Positions 1 to 9,531 of a stretch of DNA of 64,000 nucleotides are shown in pieces (within the stretch, counting starts at the first letter, position 1; every line of letters begins with the position of its first letter). The stretch is taken from NCBI GenBank assembly GCA_042645485.1, contig JBHRQN010000003.1:2450-66449 (forward strand). The letters run 5' to 3'. The translations under genes were made by a program, and so were the position numbers. The notes below the pieces were generated by a model that searched no databases, was not told where the DNA came from, and saw only the letters and a list, made by a program, of their open reading frames with translations. The DNA comes from Pauljensenia sp. Lineage in GTDB: Bacteria > Actinomycetota > Actinomycetes > Actinomycetales > Actinomycetaceae.

Positions 1-183
1 CCGCACCATTGGGGCCGACGAAGCCGTAGAAGGACCCTTTGGGGATGTCGAGGTTGAGGTTTGCGACGGCGACCAAGTTTCCGAAAATCTTTACGAGGCC
101 ACGAATTGCGAGTGCCGGAGGCTGAGCTTCCGTGGGAGCTTGCATCGTCGAAGGCTGGGCTGGAGGAGGAGTAGGTATAGACA
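1..183 (-). CDS. ABC transporter ATP-binding protein, N-terminal fragment (gene continues beyond window start)
   Basis: Reverse complement reads MSIPTPPPAQPSTMQAPTEAQPPALAIRGLVKIFGNLVAVANLNLDIPKGSFYGFVGPNGA, a typical ABC ATPase N-terminus reaching the start of Walker A. ATG at 181-183. Confidence 0.75.
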
Positions 184-437
184 TGTTCCCATAGTAGTGA
201 AAATCTCCTCAGCAGTGGAGAAAGTTGCAGAAAATGGACGCTGTTTCCCCTTTATCTGGGGACAAGCTGATGATTCTCAGAATTGATACTGAGATTTTGT
301 GAAAACGTCCTTTAGAGCTTCTGAGCAGGACTAACCTTTTGAGTGATTGGGGTAACAGGTCAGGAGTGTGCCTGCTCTGTCCTCGCAGACGACACCCGCT
401 GTTTTCTGCATTCGGATTCGTTCGCCTTGAGAGGGAG

Positions 438-2747
438 ATGCACATGCTGCATGCGAAGAATCGGACACTAGTGACCACCCTTGCGACACTCTCGCTCATG
501 GGAATGCCCGTTCTGGCTTACGCTGACCCCGCAGGGGGTGAAACGCCAAGAAATGATGCGGAAATGGCATCTTCTGCGCCCCAGGCTGTAACTACGTCCC
601 CGCAGGAGGCAGTTTCCGTCCCTGCTGCCGAGGCCTCGCAAACCCAGGGCGAGGATCGCGCGGCACCAACGCTGGTGAGCATCGGCGATATTCAAACCCC
701 AGGTGATGGAGATGACTCTCACCTGATTAATCAAACCGTTGAAACCAAAGGCGTTGTGACCGCGGCCTATCCCAAGGCAGAGAACGCAAACCTCAAAGGC
801 CTCGAGGGCTTCACTATCCAAACCCCCGGAACAGGCGGGACCTGGGATGCTTCGCGAAGCACCTCCGATGGCCTCTTCGTTTTTATGGGGAAGTCCTCTG
901 CATCAATGCCTTCCATCGGTGACTGTGTTGTCGTCAAAGGCAAGGTTGATGAATATGCGGGTGTGAAGAATGCAACCGCCTCAACTCAGAGTCTGACCCA
1001 ATTGGTCCCGCAAAGTATTACTGCAGCCACTGATTGTGATCCCGTTAAGCCAACGGAACTGAGCGGTGTACCGACGCAAAAGCAGATGGAAGCGCTTGAA
1101 TCCATGCTGGTTCTGCCCAAGGGCACCTGGACAATTACGGATAACTACAAGACGAACCGCTTCGGGACGCTCTCGCTAACTCCTGGAACCGAGGTTTTGC
1201 GCACCGCCACCGACGTTGTTGCCCCCGGTGCCGCAGCCCAAGCCTACGAGGCCGAAAATGCTGCCAAGACTATTGATTTAGATGACGCTTCGACCACAGA
1301 CCTGACGAATTTCAAGCAGAACGGGCACAAAGAGCGCTACGCCTACTTGGCCAATGGAGCACCTGCGCGCGTGGGCTACCACGTCACCTTCACCAAACCC
1401 GTTGTCTTGGAATCACGCTTTGGAAGCTTCGTTTTCCAGCCCACGCAGATGACCGCTGGTTACCCTGATCGCTCTCCGATCACCATCACGGGTGAGCGTC
1501 CAGCTGTTCCAACAGTGAGCGGTGATACCAAGGTCGCAACCTTCAACGTCCTCAACTACTTCTCTGATCTGGGTGAAAACGAACCCGGATGCAAGGGATA
1601 CGAAGACCGCGACCACAAGTACGTGACTGACAAGAACTGCAAGCTCCGCGGCGCTTGGTCATCGCAAGCTTTCGCGAACCAGCAAACCAAGATCGTTCAG
1701 GCGATAAACACTATCGATGCCGATGTTGTGGCACTGGAAGAAATCGAAAACCCCGTAGCCTCCGGTGTCAGCAGTGACCGTGATGGTGCGCTCAAGAGCC
1801 TGGTTAATGCGCTCAATACCGCTGCCGGATCTGAGGTCTGGGCCTACGTCCCCAGTCCTTCAACCGTTCCCGCGAACGAAGATGTCATCCGCATTGCCTT
1901 CATCTACAAGAAGGCAACAATTACCCCGGTTGGCAACTCAGTCATTTTTGACGACCCCGTATACACGGGCCTTGCTCGCCAGCCGCTGGCTCAAGAATTC
2001 AAGCCGATCACTGATGCAAAACACGAAGGCAAGAATTTCGTCGTTATTGCCAATCACTTTAAGTCGAAAGGTTCCGCGCCGAAGAATTTGTCTGGCGCAG
2101 AAGCTGCCGCGAATACCGATAATGGTGACGGGCAGGGTAACTCCAATGGAGTCCGCGTTAAGCAAGCCCGCGCACTTGCCACTTTTGCTCAGCGTTTCGA
2201 TGGAACTCCGACTGTGCTTGTCGGTGACTTCAACGTCTACACGAAGGAAGACCCCCTGAAAGTCCTGACCGACTCGGGCTGGACCCACGAGTCGGGCCAC
2301 GGTGATTCCTCCTACGTGTATGGCGGTCGTTCCGGATCGATGGACCACGTCTTCGCGAACTCTGCCGCACACCCGCTGATCACCGAGGTGAAGTCTTGGG
2401 CCGTGAATGCGCAAGAGAGCATTGCCTTCGAATACTCGCGTGCCAACTACAACGCCTACTTGGCTTTCGAGGCCGATAACCCCTACCGCGCCTCGGACCA
2501 CAATCCTGAAATCATCGGTTTGAACCTCATCACTCCGATCAACAATCCAAGTGTTGCACCGACCAGTGAGCCTTCCGGGCAGGTCTCCACCTCCCCGAAC
2601 GCTCCCACGCAACCCACCCAGAAATCCGCAGCAACGCCGAAGCGCTCCACTTTGGCCTCGACCGGTGTCATGGGAAGCATTCCGCTGATTGCGGGAGCCT
2701 TGGCCCTGGCAGCAATCGGTTGCGCGCTGCGCCGCAAGACCCTCTGA
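438..2747 (+). CDS. Secreted, cell-wall-anchored ExeM/NucH-type extracellular nuclease (endonuclease/exonuclease/phosphatase fold)
   Basis: ORF 339-2747. Likely start at ATG 438/444 after GAGGGAG. Signal peptide (TLATLSLMGMPVLAYA). EEP-fold motifs VATFNVLNYF, DADVVALEEIEN, NHFKSKGS, LVGDFNVY, SDHNPE. C-terminal LASTG (2652-2666), a hydrophobic segment and an RRK tail form a sortase signal. Confidence 0.85.
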   Translation: MHMLHAKNRTLVTTLATLSLMGMPVLAYADPAGGETPRNDAEMASSAPQAVTTSPQEAVSVPAAEASQTQGEDRAAPTLVSIGDIQTPGDGDDSHLINQTVETKGVVTAAYPKAENANLKGLEGFTIQTPGTGGTWDASRSTSDGLFVFMGKSSASMPSIGDCVVVKGKVDEYAGVKNATASTQSLTQLVPQSITAATDCDPVKPTELSGVPTQKQMEALESMLVLPKGTWTITDNYKTNRFGTLSLTPGTEVLRTATDVVAPGAAAQAYEAENAAKTIDLDDASTTDLTNFKQNGHKERYAYLANGAPARVGYHVTFTKPVVLESRFGSFVFQPTQMTAGYPDRSPITITGERPAVPTVSGDTKVATFNVLNYFSDLGENEPGCKGYEDRDHKYVTDKNCKLRGAWSSQAFANQQTKIVQAINTIDADVVALEEIENPVASGVSSDRDGALKSLVNALNTAAGSEVWAYVPSPSTVPANEDVIRIAFIYKKATITPVGNSVIFDDPVYTGLARQPLAQEFKPITDAKHEGKNFVVIANHFKSKGSAPKNLSGAEAAANTDNGDGQGNSNGVRVKQARALATFAQRFDGTPTVLVGDFNVYTKEDPLKVLTDSGWTHESGHGDSSYVYGGRSGSMDHVFANSAAHPLITEVKSWAVNAQESIAFEYSRANYNAYLAFEADNPYRASDHNPEIIGLNLITPINNPSVAPTSEPSGQVSTSPNAPTQPTQKSAATPKRSTLASTGVMGSIPLIAGALALAAIGCALRRKTL

Positions 2748-2780
2748 CCCTCACCAACCATCACGAGAGGAACACACAAT

Positions 2781-5081
2781 ATGTTCACCACTTCACGACG
2801 AGTGGCGATTGCAACCGGTGCGGCACTCGCGCTCTTTGCAACCCCGCTGACTGCGCTCGCGGAGCCTGCCAGCGACGCCACCCCCACGGCGGAAACGAGC
2901 ACCGAGGCTCCTGCTGCCACTCCCACTGCCGAGGCCTCGGCAAGCGAGGCGACTCCTGACCCGGCCCCCGCAGCCGGAACGGATCGCGGAGCTTCAGATA
3001 TCGTCACCTTGGACCTGTACAACCTGACCGATGTGCACGGACACATTGAGCCGCAAAAGGATCGCAAGACCAAGAAGATCAGCGAATCGGGTCTTCCGGC
3101 GATGAATTGCTACCTTAAGAAAGCAAAGGCGACGAATCCGAACTCAAGCTTTACCCTGTTGGGCGACAACATTGGTGCATCTCCCTACACTTCGGGTGCG
3201 CTGAAGGATAACCCGACCATCGAGGCCCTCAATACGATGCACCCCTTGGCATCGACCATGGGTAACCATGAGCTGGATATGGGCCAGGCTGTCTTCAAGC
3301 AGCGTGTTGATGGATCGAACCCCTCTGAGTTTGTTCAGACGAACTTCCCCTACTTGGCTGCAAACGTTGACGGAATGGGAACGTGGGGCTCGGGAACTCC
3401 TTATTTGGGAGAGTACAAGCTGTGGACCTCTCCTTCGGGGGTAACGGTTGCATTTATTGGTGCAATTGCTGGGGATGTGCCCTATAAGCTCAGCCCCGGA
3501 ACCACAGCGGGTCTGACCTTCAACGATCCGATCGCCAAGATCAACACCCTGGCAAAGAAGCTCAAGCAGGATGGAACCGCGCAGATCGTCATCGCTATGC
3601 TCGATGACGACGTGAAGAATAACTACCCGAAGATGAGCGCCGATGTTGACGGCCTCATGGGCGGTGACACGCACGTGCCATACGAGTTCGACCACGTTGA
3701 TTCGCCGGTCACGCTCACCTCTGCAAATCCGCTTCTCGCGGGTGTGGCCTCGGGTTCCTACACGGATAACCTGGGCCTCATCCAGATCTCCTACGACACG
3801 GCGACCGGAAAGGTCGTTAAGGCCGATACCAAGCTGATCCCCGCTGCAACCGTTTACGAGTGCGGTGAAGACCCCGAGACAAAGGCAGTCGTGACCCGTG
3901 CGCAGCAGGCCTCGGCAGTCGCCGGCGCTGAGGTTGTGGCACGTGGCTACACCGAGAGCTTCCACCGCGGTATTTTCGAGGCTCCCGATGGAAGCATCGA
4001 AAAGGGTGGAAACCGCGGTATCGAATCGACTCTGGGCAACCTTGCTGCCGATGCGATGCGTGAAACAATTCGCACAGCCGATGGGAATCCCGTCGATATC
4101 GGCATGATCAATGCCGGTGGTCTGCGTGCGGATCTCGAGCCCGGTAGCGATGGCACCATCACCTACAAGCAGAGCTACGATGTCATGCCCTTCTCGAACG
4201 AGCTGGGATATGTAACCATCAAGGGCTCCGATGTGAAGGATGCTCTGGAAGAACAGTGGAAGACGAACCTGAACTCTCAGAACTCGCGCCCGCTGCTCAA
4301 GCTTGGCCTGTCGAAGAATGTTCAGTACACCTACGATGCCTCGAAGCCTTACGGCGAGCGTATTACCTCGCTGCTCGTCAATGGTGCGCCCATTGATATG
4401 AACAAGGAGTACACGGTTGGATCCGTTACCTTCCTGCTCGCAGGTGGTGACACCTTCCCGGCGCTGACCCGTGGCACGAAGACGGTTTTGGGTAACCTCG
4501 ACCGCGATAAGTTCAACGAGTACTTGGGCGCACACAACGGCATTAAGGCTGCGACTCTCAAGCAGGCAATCGGCGTGACGCTCCCCAGCGATACGCTTAC
4601 TCCCGATCAGGAATTCACTGTGCCCTTGCGTGGCCTGTCCTTCTCCGAGGGCCCCGGAAAGACCCAGAATGTCAAGGTCTCCTTCGGATCGGTTGTCGCC
4701 AGCGCAAGTGTCGATAACTCGCTGCGTGAATTGCATGCCTCTGACGAGGCCTCGGTCATCACAACCGATGGTGCAGGCCAGGCAACTTTGAAGGCCTCGC
4801 TGCCGATGTCGGTGTGCGCTGCCAAGCCCGAAGGGGGAGTGCTCTCCCTGCCCGTCACCGTTGAGACCGACTTTGGGACCGTCGTTCCCGAGGCCGCAGG
4901 TTTGACCGTGTCGGTGGCTTGCCCCGCCGTTCAGCAGCCTGCAACGCCGAACACTGCGGTGAACCCGAAGGCCCCGAAGGGCAAGAAGCTTGCGAAGACC
5001 GGTTCTGTAGCTGGAATTGCAGTTTTGGCTGCTCTTGCCTTGGGTGGTGCAGGGTTTGCTCTGCGTCGCAAGAAGAACTGA
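2781..5081 (+). CDS. Secreted, cell-wall-anchored bifunctional metallophosphatase/5'-nucleotidase
   Basis: Signal peptide, Thr/Pro/Ala/Glu-rich spacer, metallophosphatase motifs DVHGH and GNHELD, C-terminal 5'-nucleotidase domain. LAKTG (4989-5003), hydrophobic segment and RRKKN sorting signal. Confidence 0.88.
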   Translation: MFTTSRRVAIATGAALALFATPLTALAEPASDATPTAETSTEAPAATPTAEASASEATPDPAPAAGTDRGASDIVTLDLYNLTDVHGHIEPQKDRKTKKISESGLPAMNCYLKKAKATNPNSSFTLLGDNIGASPYTSGALKDNPTIEALNTMHPLASTMGNHELDMGQAVFKQRVDGSNPSEFVQTNFPYLAANVDGMGTWGSGTPYLGEYKLWTSPSGVTVAFIGAIAGDVPYKLSPGTTAGLTFNDPIAKINTLAKKLKQDGTAQIVIAMLDDDVKNNYPKMSADVDGLMGGDTHVPYEFDHVDSPVTLTSANPLLAGVASGSYTDNLGLIQISYDTATGKVVKADTKLIPAATVYECGEDPETKAVVTRAQQASAVAGAEVVARGYTESFHRGIFEAPDGSIEKGGNRGIESTLGNLAADAMRETIRTADGNPVDIGMINAGGLRADLEPGSDGTITYKQSYDVMPFSNELGYVTIKGSDVKDALEEQWKTNLNSQNSRPLLKLGLSKNVQYTYDASKPYGERITSLLVNGAPIDMNKEYTVGSVTFLLAGGDTFPALTRGTKTVLGNLDRDKFNEYLGAHNGIKAATLKQAIGVTLPSDTLTPDQEFTVPLRGLSFSEGPGKTQNVKVSFGSVVASASVDNSLRELHASDEASVITTDGAGQATLKASLPMSVCAAKPEGGVLSLPVTVETDFGTVVPEAAGLTVSVACPAVQQPATPNTAVNPKAPKGKKLAKTGSVAGIAVLAALALGGAGFALRRKKN

Positions 5082-5134
5082 AACGGATGCTGTACTCATG
5101 AAGATCTCAATCTGATTGAGCACTGAATTCGCAC

Positions 5135-5176
5135 GTGGGTGGCACGGTCGTATGGCTGTGCCACCCACTGTTTTTG
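5135..5176 (+). terminator. Rho-independent terminator after the 5'-nucleotidase gene
   Basis: GTGGGTGGCACGG...CTGTGCCACCCAC stem followed by TGTTTTTG. Confidence 0.8.
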
Positions 5177-5504
5177 TTAACTGTGTCAATCTCAGAGTGT
5201 GTCTCTTTAAGGATTTGGTGGCTTTTGTGCAAGTGTGCCCATATGTTGAGAGGACAACTGTGATTCAGAAATGAATAATTACTGCATTTATGCGGAAAAG
5301 ATGAGATTTATAGATTCGTTATCGAGCTGTATCCAATCCGCCTTGACACGCCTAATTGTGACGGGTGAAACTCATTAGTGGGCGTCAACGCAGCACACTT
5401 ATGCGTTCTCGCAAGCGGTGATGCATGTGCCCATTCTGGGTCTCATCGCATCCTCGCATCTATCCATCTCTGGATGTACACAACCTATGTGGAGGAAATA
5501 CAGC

Positions 5505-6602
5505 ATGAAGACCCTCACCAAATTTGTTGCGGTCGCCGGCGTCGCAACTCTCGCGCTGACCGCGTGCTCATCCGGCCAGAAGGCCTCGTCAGAATCTAGC
5601 TCTGACGCAGCATCGAAGGGCGCAAGCTTCAAGGCTTGTGCAGTGTCGGACGCAGGCGGTTGGGACGACAAGTCCTTCAACGAGTCCGCATACAACGGTC
5701 TGAAGGCCGCACAGTCCAAGCTCGGTATTCAGATCAACACGGCAGAGTCCTCCTCCTCGGCAGACTTCGTGCCCAACACCGAATCCATGGTTTCCGACGG
5801 CTGCAACCTGATCATCGGCGTTGGCTTCAACCTCGAGAAGGCGCTCCACGCCTCTGCAAATGAGAATAAGGATGTTCACTACGCACTGGTTGACTCCTCC
5901 TTCTCTGATGATTCCAACAAGACCGTCACCGTCGAGAACGCACGCCCACTGCTCTTCAACACCGCTGAAGCCGCCTACCTTGCGGGTTACGCCGCAGCAG
6001 GCATGTCCAAGACCGGCAAGGTTGCCACCTTCGGTGGTATCCAGATTCCTTCGGTTACCGTCTTCATGGACGGCTTTGCCGATGGTGTTGCCGCCTACAA
6101 CAAGGCCAAGGGCACCAATGTCCAGGTCCTCGGTTGGGATAAGGCAACTCAGAACGGCTCCTTCACCCAGTCCTTCGATGACCAGGCACTGGGCAAGCAG
6201 CAGGCACAGCAGTTCATCGACCAGGGCGCTGACATCATCATGCCCGTCGCCGGCCCCGTGGGCCTGGGTGCAGCAGCAGCTGCACAGGCTGATGGCAAGA
6301 CCTACATCATCGGTGTTGACTCCGACTGGTACGAATCTGCCCCCGACTACAAGTCGATCGTTCTGACCTCGGTCAAGAAGGAAATTGGTGCTTCGGTTGA
6401 GCAGGTAATCACGGACTCCGTGAACGGCAAGTTCACTGCAACCCCCTACGTGGGCACCCTGGAAAACGGTGGCGTTTCCATCGCTCCCTTCCACGATTTC
6501 GACTCCAAGGTTCCCTCGGATCTGAAGGATGAGCTGACCAAGCTCACCGATCAGATCAAGAAGGGCGAGCTGAAGGTTGAGTCCGCAAACTCCCCGAAGT
6601 GA
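5505..6602 (+). CDS. BMP-family (PnrA-like) ABC substrate-binding lipoprotein, probable nucleoside binding
   Basis: ORF 5418-6602 trimmed to ATG 5505 behind GGAGGA. Lipobox LALTAC. BMP-family sequence. Followed by a double-ATPase and two permeases. Confidence 0.85.
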   Translation: MKTLTKFVAVAGVATLALTACSSGQKASSESSSDAASKGASFKACAVSDAGGWDDKSFNESAYNGLKAAQSKLGIQINTAESSSSADFVPNTESMVSDGCNLIIGVGFNLEKALHASANENKDVHYALVDSSFSDDSNKTVTVENARPLLFNTAEAAYLAGYAAAGMSKTGKVATFGGIQIPSVTVFMDGFADGVAAYNKAKGTNVQVLGWDKATQNGSFTQSFDDQALGKQQAQQFIDQGADIIMPVAGPVGLGAAAAAQADGKTYIIGVDSDWYESAPDYKSIVLTSVKKEIGASVEQVITDSVNGKFTATPYVGTLENGGVSIAPFHDFDSKVPSDLKDELTKLTDQIKKGELKVESANSPK

Positions 6603-6619
6603 CGCGGAAATTTTAGGTT

Positions 6620-6658
6620 GGGGCGCGGTGGTTTTCGACCATCGCGCCCCACTTTTTT
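6620..6658 (+). terminator. Intra-operon hairpin and T-tract between the binding-protein gene and the ATPase gene
   Basis: GGGGCGCGGTGG-TTTTCGA-CCATCGCGCCCC followed by ACTTTTTTC. Confidence 0.7.
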
Positions 6659-6706
6659 CGGCTATCCTGAAACGGGAGCTTGACCACGCAGAAGGGGCGC
6701 AGTAGA

Positions 6707-8269
6707 GTGAAATTGGAACTGAAGGGGATCACCAAACGTTTCGGTCCTCTGGTCGCAAATAACGACATTAACCTGACAATTGAAGAAGGCCATATTCACG
6801 CACTTCTGGGTGAAAATGGAGCGGGTAAATCAACGTTGATGAACGTGCTCTACGGCCTTCATCAGCCCGATGAAGGTGAAATCCTCATCGATGGAAAACC
6901 TGTTCACTTCGATGGCCCCGGCGATGCGGTTGCAGCCGGCATCGGTATGGTTCACCAGCACTTCATGCTGATCCCCGTGTTCACTGTTGCAGAATCAATC
7001 GCACTGGGATTTGAACCGACCAAGGCAAGTGGCTTGATTGATCTTGCTCAAGCACGCAAGACCGTTAAAGAGGTTTCCGCGCGCTTCGGTTTCGATCTTG
7101 ATCCCGATGCGCTCATTGAAGACCTCTCGGTCGGCGCCCAGCAGCGAGTCGAAATCGTTAAAGCGCTTTCCCGCCAGGCAAAGGTCCTCATTCTTGATGA
7201 GCCAACGGCAGTGCTCACGCCCCAAGAAACTGACGAACTCATGGCGATTATGCGTCAGCTTGCCGACGCGGGCACCTCGATTGTTTTCATCACTCACAAG
7301 CTTCGCGAAGTTCGAGCCGTCGCAGACGAAATTACCGTGATTCGACGCGGTACCGTCGTTGGTGAAGCCTCTCCGCAAGATTCTGAATCAGAACTGGCGA
7401 ATAAGATGGTCGGCCGCTCCGTCATGATGCGCGTCCAAAAGGCTCCCGCAGCGCCCAGCGGTGGGGGATTGGAATTCAAGGCAATCTCCATGCTTTCGCC
7501 CCAGGGGGTCCCACTTCTTGATCATGTCTCCTTTGCGGTAGAACGCGGAGAAATCGTCGCCGTCGCGGGCGTGCAAGGCAACGGCCAGACCGAATTGGCG
7601 CAAACCGTTTTGGGTCTGTGCACCCCAGATTCTGGTGAAATTATTCTGGAAGGTGAAGATATTTCCCACGCGGGTCCTCGAAAGTCTTTGGACGCCGGTG
7701 TTGGCTTCATTCCCGAAGACCGATCGACCGATGGCATTATTTCTACTTTCTCCATTGCCGAGAACCTCATTTTGGACCAGTACAAGGATTCCTCCTTCGC
7801 ATCAGGCCCAATGCTCAAGCTGGGGGTCATTGCACAAAACGCTCGCGATAAAGAGCAGGAATTCGATATTCGCTTGACCTCAATCAACGACCCGATTTCC
7901 TCGCTTTCGGGTGGAAATCAGCAAAAGGTTGTTGTCGCGCGCGAGATGTCGAAGGATCTCAACCTGCTTGTCGCAAACCAACCGACCCGCGGTGTGGATG
8001 TTGGTTCTATCGAATTCATTCACAAGCGCATTGTTGAGGTGCGCGACCAGAACATTCCCGTCCTTCTGATCTCATCGGAATTGGACGAAGTGATCTCGCT
8101 GGCCGATCGCATCGTTGTCATGTACCGAGGCCGCGTGATGGGGGTTGTTCCCGCGGACACCCCGCGTGACGTTCTTGGTTTGATGATGGCTGGTGTTCCC
8201 TATGACGAGGCCGTCGAGGGCGTGAGCGAACACGCTGAGGTTTCGGATTCACACGTGGAGGAGAACTGA
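6707..8269 (+). CDS. ABC transporter ATP-binding protein with duplicated ATPase domains (nucleoside/sugar type)
   Basis: ORF 6680-8269. GTG 6707 gives the canonical N-terminus VKLELKGITKRFG. Walker A GENGAGKST, signature LSVGAQQR / LSGGNQQK, Walker B ILDEPT. Confidence 0.9.
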   Translation: MKLELKGITKRFGPLVANNDINLTIEEGHIHALLGENGAGKSTLMNVLYGLHQPDEGEILIDGKPVHFDGPGDAVAAGIGMVHQHFMLIPVFTVAESIALGFEPTKASGLIDLAQARKTVKEVSARFGFDLDPDALIEDLSVGAQQRVEIVKALSRQAKVLILDEPTAVLTPQETDELMAIMRQLADAGTSIVFITHKLREVRAVADEITVIRRGTVVGEASPQDSESELANKMVGRSVMMRVQKAPAAPSGGGLEFKAISMLSPQGVPLLDHVSFAVERGEIVAVAGVQGNGQTELAQTVLGLCTPDSGEIILEGEDISHAGPRKSLDAGVGFIPEDRSTDGIISTFSIAENLILDQYKDSSFASGPMLKLGVIAQNARDKEQEFDIRLTSINDPISSLSGGNQQKVVVAREMSKDLNLLVANQPTRGVDVGSIEFIHKRIVEVRDQNIPVLLISSELDEVISLADRIVVMYRGRVMGVVPADTPRDVLGLMMAGVPYDEAVEGVSEHAEVSDSHVEEN

Positions 8270-9531
8270 TGACCGCGGTAAAGCGTCCTTCGAAGGCACT
8301 GATTGTGTGCCGTCATATCTTGGGATCGCGATGGTTCGTTTCCATCCTTGCGGTTCTCATCGCCTTCGCTATCGGAGCCATTCTGATCGCAATGACCGGT
8401 GCATCGGTACTCGATGCCTACTATGCGATGTTCCGCGGAGCGATCTTTGATCCAAGCGCCCGTAGTTTCCAGCGTCAGATCAAACCTTTGACAGAGTCCC
8501 TGTTCTTCTCCATCCCCTTGGTATTGGGTGGTTTGGGCCTTGCTTTGGGCTTCCGCGCGGGCCTGTTCAATATCGGTGGTAAAGGCCAGATTATCTTTGG
8601 TGCTCTTGCTGCTGTCTGGGTTGGCTTCGCAATGAACCTCCCGCCCGTCGTTCACACTCTTGTTGCTCTTCTTGCGGCGATGGTTGCTGGTTCGCTCTAT
8701 GCGGGAATTGCCGGTGTTCTTAAGGCAAAGACCGGGGCAAACGAAGTCATTGTCACCATCATGCTGAACTCGATTGCGACCTTGGCGCTGGGCTACATCC
8801 TCTCGAAGAAGTCGTGGCAGGTTCCCGGTTCTAATCAACCTCAAACCCCGAAGGTCGCGGATTCGGCTGCCTTCACCCGCATCTTGGATGCCCCCTTCAA
8901 GATCCACGTTGGTCTTTTCATTGCCCTCCTCGCCGTCATCGTTTTCTGGTGGCTTATTGAGCGCTCGACCCTTGGATTTGAAATCCGCGCAGTTGGTGCC
9001 AACCCCGAAGCCGCACGTACCGCTGGTATCTCAGTCGGAAAGATCACCGCAATTACCATGGCGATCTCCGGCGCTTTCCTGGGACTTGCAGGTGCGAACG
9101 AGGCCTTGGGCACCGTTGGTTACGTCTCACGAGACATCGCAGGCTCCATTGGTTTCGACGCCATCACCGTTGCTCTTCTGGGCCGCAATAAGCCTCTGGG
9201 CACTCTGGGTGCAGGTATCCTCTTCGGTGCCTTCAAAGCCGGTGGTTACACCATGCAGGCCAAGGGTGTTCCGATCGATATGATCTTGATCCTCCAGTCA
9301 GTGATCGTCTTGCTGATCGCAGCTCCCATGCTGGTCCGCTGGCTCTTCCATCTGCCAAAGGAAACTAAGAAGAGCTTGCGTGCTGAGCTCGCTGAACTCA
9401 GCGGTGAGCGCACTGAAGAAGACGGGAAGACCCCGGCCATGGCCTCGGCAGTAAAGGAAGACGCAGCATCCAAGGGCGGCGATGCCGCCATCGATGATGC
9501 CTCCGCCGATACGGAAGGAGAGGCACGATGA
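8269..9531 (+). CDS. ABC transporter permease (nucleoside importer, subunit 1)
   Basis: Polytopic membrane ORF. ATGA start/stop overlap with the ATPase gene. Confidence 0.85.
   Translation: MTAVKRPSKALIVCRHILGSRWFVSILAVLIAFAIGAILIAMTGASVLDAYYAMFRGAIFDPSARSFQRQIKPLTESLFFSIPLVLGGLGLALGFRAGLFNIGGKGQIIFGALAAVWVGFAMNLPPVVHTLVALLAAMVAGSLYAGIAGVLKAKTGANEVIVTIMLNSIATLALGYILSKKSWQVPGSNQPQTPKVADSAAFTRILDAPFKIHVGLFIALLAVIVFWWLIERSTLGFEIRAVGANPEAARTAGISVGKITAITMAISGAFLGLAGANEALGTVGYVSRDIAGSIGFDAITVALLGRNKPLGTLGAGILFGAFKAGGYTMQAKGVPIDMILILQSVIVLLIAAPMLVRWLFHLPKETKKSLRAELAELSGERTEEDGKTPAMASAVKEDAASKGGDAAIDDASADTEGEAR

Noticed and set aside
3144-5189. 681-aa minus-strand ORF spanning the 5'-nucleotidase gene
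   Set aside because: It is antisense to a gene with clear motifs. Its translation is Arg/Gly/Leu-rich with no domain signature, typical of a high-GC shadow ORF.
5190-5504. Possible riboswitch or leader upstream of the nucleoside-binding lipoprotein gene
   Set aside because: I could not fold or recognise any known purine, 2'-dG or PRPP-type aptamer by eye. It is kept only as a suggested covariance-model scan.
5589-6494. 301-aa minus-strand ORF, plus the 5821-6366 plus-strand ORF, inside the BMP lipoprotein gene
   Set aside because: Off-frame or antisense to a well-supported lipoprotein ORF. Compositionally biased translations.
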